IMG/VR virus record: IMGVR_UViG_3300008448_000012
Location: 32,001-96,000 of that record
Source of the DNA: a virus
Reading direction: 5' to 3' (one strand)
DNA length: 64,000 nucleotides
This document shows, one piece after another, positions 59,477 to 64,000 of this stretch. The notes beneath the pieces are model-generated. The model searched no databases, was not told where the DNA came from, and saw nothing but the letters and a program-made list of their open reading frames with translations. The translations under genes were made by a program, and so were the position numbers. How positions within the stretch are numbered: position 1 is the stretch's first letter; every line of letters starts with the position of its first letter.

Positions 59477-59483
59477 TTTATTT

Positions 59484-61352
59484 TTAGATATAAACCTCAC
59501 ATGCTCCTCCTCCACAAGCCTGAATAGAAGAGAAGTCAACTGTATCATCAAGCTCAACAACTTTTGTGAGGTCTACAGACTTGAGACTTTCAATTCTCTT
59601 TTCATATTCCTCTTTAGTGATGTCCTCAAAAGGTGCTTGTTTATAGGTGCCTCCAAAGAATGGCAATACACTCAAACCATTGTATACATCCCTATTGTTC
59701 CACATCCATTCTCCCACTTCTTTCCACCCATCTTCAAGAATAGAAATTGTAGCACTTACGTTATGTGTATTATCACCATTAATATGTCCTGGCTTAATCC
59801 ATTCTTGAGAAAACTTCTTAACACGCTCAAGTGTATCAATAGCTGTCTCTGTACGGAAAATAGATCCTTCAGGAGCTTTAACAGGAATTCTTACACATAC
59901 AGTGTCTGTTGGTCTGAGTACATCATCTTCACAAAGCTCTGGATGATTAACCATCAAATAGGCAGCAAGGTCTTCATTCTTGTTGAACCTCATTGTTCTC
60001 AGATAGTAATCATTATGCCATGCATGAATACCACTAGCTGTACCCAACACCAATGATGTTGTACCACTTGGTTTGATACATGTAATCCTAGCTGCTTCAT
60101 TGGTTCCAATCAAGCCACTAATCATCCTGTTCATTGTTTTGGCAACATCAGCAGCAATATCCAAATTGTATTTGAGGATTTCACCAGATCCAATACCTGT
60201 CATACCTATACCAAGAAGAGCATCCTTTTGTGTTGTCCTAGCCCAAATTGGTCTGAGATAATGAAAGTCTGTAAATCCTGCCTGAAGAGTTCCAAAGAAT
60301 GCTGCAACACCTACACGATTGTTCAAATCTTCTTGGTCAGTTACATCACTTACATTCACCTCACACAGGTTACAGAATTGATAGGGTCTCAAACCAATTT
60401 CACAACAAGGATTGGTTCCCCAATCTTTATTGTTGGTCCAATAGATACCAGGTTCACCAGATCCACTTGCTTCAATCCTCTTCCAAAGATCAAAGAATTC
60501 TTGTTCACCAACTTGTCCTCTCTCAAGAACAGCACTATTGTTAGCCCTACCACGTTGCTCATTCAGTTCCCACCAATTACCATACTTACATGTAATCATT
60601 TCCTCATCATCATGACTGAACAGAGCAATCATAGCAGATCTACGGATACCACCAGCAAGTACACTATTGGCAATATGACAAAGCATATCATGACATTCCA
60701 ATGGTGAAAGCTTTTCCCCTTCTTGTTTCCTATCAAGAACTGCTTGAATATGTGCCAAACAAATCTTAAGAGGCTCAGCACCAGGAGCTTTACCACCTGC
60801 TGTAACAAGCCTTGCACCCTTCTCACGAATAGCACGGAAATCAAATTCAGGCATAAACTTACCTTCCAAATAGGCTTTGAACAACACCTTAACAGCATCA
60901 GCCCAGCCCATAATAGAATCTTCTATCAGGTAGTGCCTCTTCTTTCCTGGTTTTGTAATAGCAGGAAGTTGGTCTACGTGATGTTTCTGTACAGAATATC
61001 CTACACCTGATCCTCCAAGAAGAAGAAACATTGTCTCTGGGAATGCATAAATTGTGTCAACAGGATGATATGCACAGTTATAACCCCTTGCATTGTTAAC
61101 CTCCATAGCTGGACCAGCAAATTGCAGAGCTCTCATGGAAGGAAGCACCTTTTTATCCCTAATCATCTTGGCACTTTCAACAATAGCATCTTGTAGTTTG
61201 GGATATTTCTTAATCATCATTGTCTGATAGCGATCAACAATTTCATCCCATGTCTCTCTTCGTTTGAGTTCAGGAACGTACTTACTGTACTTCGAGAACA
61301 CAGTGATTTTGGATAGAGAATCCAATCCTAGATCTTTTTTTGTTTCCATCAT
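59484..61352 (-). CDS. nrdJ: Class II (adenosylcobalamin-dependent) ribonucleotide reductase
   Basis: YNCA, GGIRRSA, TNPCCEI, FCNLCE, IKPSGTTS, C-terminal ACGGGACE; no nrdB in window. Confidence 0.88.
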   Translation of the reverse strand: MMETKKDLGLDSLSKITVFSKYSKYVPELKRRETWDEIVDRYQTMMIKKYPKLQDAIVESAKMIRDKKVLPSMRALQFAGPAMEVNNARGYNCAYHPVDTIYAFPETMFLLLGGSGVGYSVQKHHVDQLPAITKPGKKRHYLIEDSIMGWADAVKVLFKAYLEGKFMPEFDFRAIREKGARLVTAGGKAPGAEPLKICLAHIQAVLDRKQEGEKLSPLECHDMLCHIANSVLAGGIRRSAMIALFSHDDEEMITCKYGNWWELNEQRGRANNSAVLERGQVGEQEFFDLWKRIEASGSGEPGIYWTNNKDWGTNPCCEIGLRPYQFCNLCEVNVSDVTDQEDLNNRVGVAAFFGTLQAGFTDFHYLRPIWARTTQKDALLGIGMTGIGSGEILKYNLDIAADVAKTMNRMISGLIGTNEAARITCIKPSGTTSLVLGTASGIHAWHNDYYLRTMRFNKNEDLAAYLMVNHPELCEDDVLRPTDTVCVRIPVKAPEGSIFRTETAIDTLERVKKFSQEWIKPGHINGDNTHNVSATISILEDGWKEVGEWMWNNRDVYNGLSVLPFFGGTYKQAPFEDITKEEYEKRIESLKSVDLTKVVELDDTVDFSSIQACGGGACEVYI

Positions 61353-61867
61353 TTTGTTAGATATTTTATAGCGTTTGTTAAATAATTTACATTATCATCA
61401 AATTGTCCTAATCCTTTATTACATTTTCCACAAAGAATACCTCTTACTTTACCAGTTGTATGACAATGATCTATATGTATTTCATTATCTAAATTTTTAT
61501 TACATATAGCACAATTACCATTCTGATTATCAATCAATTGTATAAACTCAAGTTTAGTTATTCCGTATTGTTTATATCTATGTACTTCTTTATGATAAGT
61601 TTGTGATTTTATTTTAGAACAAGATTTACAACATGAATGACAGTGTCCAGACGCATACTTAAAAAATTCATCTAGAGACTTTTCAACATTACAAGATGAA
61701 CACATTTTAGAATCTCCTCTATACAAATTACCTATTCCACCTAGTTGAATAGAATTTGAACAAGATCTGCAAGGTTTATTATGTTTTCTAGCCTTGTAAA
61801 AATATTGTTTTGATGAAAATTTTCTTAATTTACCACATATAGGACATGGTAATTTACAATCGCTCAT
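61349..61867 (-). mobile_element. Endonuclease VII-like HNH endonuclease
   Basis: Start MSDCK; CAIC..HIDHCHTTGKVRGILCGKCNKGLGQFDDN. Confidence 0.85.
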
Positions 61868-61892
61868 ATTAGTATATTTGGAAAATATAAAA

Positions 61893-61932
61893 AGGGATTG
61901 CGAAATTAATGCAATCCCTCTTAATAACCAAG
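61893..61932 (-). promoter_or_regulatory. Putative promoter overlapping a hairpin/terminator
   Basis: Minus strand CTTG-N20-TAATTTCG; AGGGATTGC/GCAATCCCT stem followed by TTTT. Confidence 0.55.
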
Positions 61933-61946
61933 ACATTTGAAAAATT

Positions 61947-62198
61947 CTAACTAACCAATCGTCTTATTTTTTCACCAAGTTCCTGATCATTTGGAGTGGT
62001 TTTAACAAGATTGATTATCTCTGCATTTTGTGTCAATATTTTCTCAATGTAGAGAGTCGCATCTTGTAACTCTTCCTGAAGATGGAGCAGATAATTGTCG
62101 TGATTGTTTTGGTATAGTGTTGTACCATACTTCTTTATCCCAACACTGCTTCTCTGGAGAAACTTGGCAATAACTTGATCTACGATTTGGTCTTTCAT
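61947..62198 (-). CDS. Small phage protein, possibly MazG-like all-alpha
   Basis: RSSVGIKKYGTTL...LQEELQDATLY. Confidence 0.55.
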   Translation of the reverse strand: MKDQIVDQVIAKFLQRSSVGIKKYGTTLYQNNHDNYLLHLQEELQDATLYIEKILTQNAEIINLVKTTPNDQELGEKIRRLVS

Positions 62199-62199
62199 T

Positions 62200-62883
62200 T
62201 TATTTCGTTTTAATTACAAATCCGCTATTGTCTTTTTTACCCCTCCCTTTAGCTCTTAGTCCTACAATTACACCTTTTTCATCCAGCCATCTGACATCAT
62301 CAACATCTCCATCTATCACCTTCCTGTTTTTCCACTCCAAAGGAAGAGCATCTTCCTTCTTTGTATCAAATACAACAGCAATATTAACATTTTTTGTCAA
62401 TAATAGCTCAACTTCATCATCATTTGATTCATTTCTACTAAATGTCAAATGATAATTTTCAGGAAGCTCCTTGTCAAATCTGTTTGCCACCTTTGTATAA
62501 TCATAGAACCTTATGTCTGGAAACTTTTTTATTATTCCAAAACGTGTCCATTCTATATCTGATGTTCCATTTAACCTAACAGTGGGCAAATAACTCAGCT
62601 TCTTTGCTTTCTTAACCAAAGAATTAATGTCTTTGTTCAATAGATCCATAAACATGTCTCTTTTCTCAAAGAACATCTTTGTTCGGTTTATTCTAGCAGT
62701 TTGCACTGTAGTGAATGCACCATGTCCAGCTGTATAAAGACAAGCTTTTGTACAGCCATCACTTCTCTTTGGACAAACTTCCCAACCAGAAATAGATGCA
62801 GGAGCAAGATAGAGAATTCCTGTTAGAATTCCCTTCTTCTCTCCTTTTATTGTTTTTGCATTATTCAGTGTCAGTAAGTGCAT
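62200..62883 (-). CDS. Gp88-like phage protein
   Basis: LYLAPA, CPKRSDGCTKACL, VRLNGTSDI, FYDYTK, YHLTFS, IDGDVDDVR, GLRAKG. Confidence 0.75.
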   Translation of the reverse strand: MHLLTLNNAKTIKGEKKGILTGILYLAPASISGWEVCPKRSDGCTKACLYTAGHGAFTTVQTARINRTKMFFEKRDMFMDLLNKDINSLVKKAKKLSYLPTVRLNGTSDIEWTRFGIIKKFPDIRFYDYTKVANRFDKELPENYHLTFSRNESNDDEVELLLTKNVNIAVVFDTKKEDALPLEWKNRKVIDGDVDDVRWLDEKGVIVGLRAKGRGKKDNSGFVIKTK

Positions 62884-63238
62884 CTTCCAAAACTTTAAAT
62901 GCATCAATAACAGCTACCTTTTCTGCTTCCCTCCTGGTCTTATACCATTTTACATCTAAGAATTTTACATCTCTAGGATATATTTTATAAGAAAAGTCTG
63001 TATTTGATACAGAAATTTCAATGAATATACCATTATCATCGAATGCATCAAATAGACCTCTTGGAGCAGCATCCAACATTTTAGCAATGTCTTCATTGCT
63101 CAGCCCCTTTTCTCTTACATAATCCTTAAAGTTCTCAGGGAGCTCCTCAGTGTTTAGGCTTTCTAGCATTACCTCTAGATAATACTTCCTAACTACTTCT
63201 GCCGCTTTTGGATACTTGTTTAACACTTCCATTATCAT
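62861..63238 (-). CDS. Hypothetical protein
   Basis: 125-aa coupled ORF. Confidence 0.65.
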   Translation of the reverse strand: MIMEVLNKYPKAAEVVRKYYLEVMLESLNTEELPENFKDYVREKGLSNEDIAKMLDAAPRGLFDAFDDNGIFIEISVSNTDFSYKIYPRDVKFLDVKWYKTRREAEKVAVIDAFKVLEDALTDTE

Positions 63239-63465
63239 AGTTCTTGATTTTTAAGTTTGTCTGCCCTATCTTTCCACCATGTCCTTTCATAATCATAATC
63301 CATATATTGGTCATATGGAATGTTCTTCATTTGCTTGAACTCACGAACAATTATGTCATTCTTCTCTGCTTCCAGTTGACAGAATATAAGAGCTTGTTCT
63401 CTGCCATGTTCTGAAATAATACGCTGTACAAAATCCTCGTTATACATTTTCTTTGATTTTATCAA
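63235..63465 (-). CDS. Hypothetical protein
   Basis: 76-aa coupled ORF (start may be MYNED). Confidence 0.55.
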   Translation of the reverse strand: MIKSKKMYNEDFVQRIISEHGREQALIFCQLEAEKNDIIVREFKQMKNIPYDQYMDYDYERTWWKDRADKLKNQEL

Positions 63466-63994
63466 TGTTTAAAGTTTCATCTTCCTCTATCCAAGTTTGC
63501 CAATATTCCATAGAATCATCAAATTCCACATCAAACTTCTCTTCCCAATATTTTTTCAAATCTTCTGTCTTATTGAAGACACGATATTGTAAAGATATTT
63601 CATCTTTATGTAAACCGTTAAGTTTAATCTTTACAACCTTGGGAAACAATGCTTGAAACTCTGGTGATGTTTTGGAATATTTACCAAGCTTAATAAGAGT
63701 GAAGTCTTTCTTGAACTTTGGATTCATTTGATATACTACAACCACATACCCATCAGGATAGTCATAATCATCAATAATGCTCTTTGTTCTTTCATACTCT
63801 TCATCTAGAAACTCTTTGAATTTATCCAGATTGGATGGATGAAACAAAAGATATGCAGCATTTTTATACTGCACATCTTTACCAGCATCTTCAATAAATC
63901 CATTAATGAACCCATTTTCCAATAACTTATCCCTGCTTATTCCAAATGTTGGAACAATAAATATGGTTGTTACAGTTCTTACTACCTCCATCAA
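63440..63994 (-). CDS. Hypothetical phage protein
   Basis: 184 aa; GKYSKTS motif. Confidence 0.65.
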   Translation of the reverse strand: MMEVVRTVTTIFIVPTFGISRDKLLENGFINGFIEDAGKDVQYKNAAYLLFHPSNLDKFKEFLDEEYERTKSIIDDYDYPDGYVVVVYQMNPKFKKDFTLIKLGKYSKTSPEFQALFPKVVKIKLNGLHKDEISLQYRVFNKTEDLKKYWEEKFDVEFDDSMEYWQTWIEEDETLNIDKIKENV

Positions 63995-64000
63995 TTTCCT

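Noticed and set aside
59367-61010. Plus-strand ORFs (e.g. 229 aa) antisense to nrdJ, and the many minus-strand ORFs within virion genes
   Set aside because: Shadow ORFs of real genes with no recognisable motifs
1-64000. Stop-codon reassignment (TAG/TGA) as in some gut crAss-like phages
   Set aside because: Long genes, including the 4059-aa vRNAP, are intact in code 11 and gene packing is dense

Overview
This 64-kb window is a segment of a crAss-like (Crassvirales-type) phage genome. It uses the standard genetic code, is AT-rich and is visibly CpG-poor. The host is inferred to be Bacteroidota, from TTTG-N20-TAnnTTTG promoters and the lack of Shine-Dalgarno sequences. The + strand (1-53369) is the virion block: ring/IHF/ring/muzzle-like tail genes, cargo proteins, a 4059-aa virion RNA polymerase (GSDFDIDK), a 1916-aa cargo protein, tail fibre, lysis cassette, an array of modular decoration proteins, a Dps-like protein and a cluster of lysine-rich micro-proteins. 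The - strand (53382-64000) carries GT2, thermonuclease, PhoH, dUTPase, RecA, class II RNR, a Gp88-like gene and several HNH endonucleases; the two arms meet at a bidirectional terminator. The best candidate for a new system is a putative virion protein O-glycosylation locus: a GT-A enzyme matching plant HPAT/SERGT (GT95/GT96) motifs sits between two families of proteins with shared N-terminal anchors, and poly-Thr tracts occur in five virion-block ORFs. Also notable are two GIY-YIG endonucleases that have taken over the first codons of a host gene and rebuilt a recoded start downstream, and a cargo protein with SLT-like and ART-like cassettes bracketed by PQAQFG and xxGG motifs. All assignments come from motif recognition by eye; no database searches were run.
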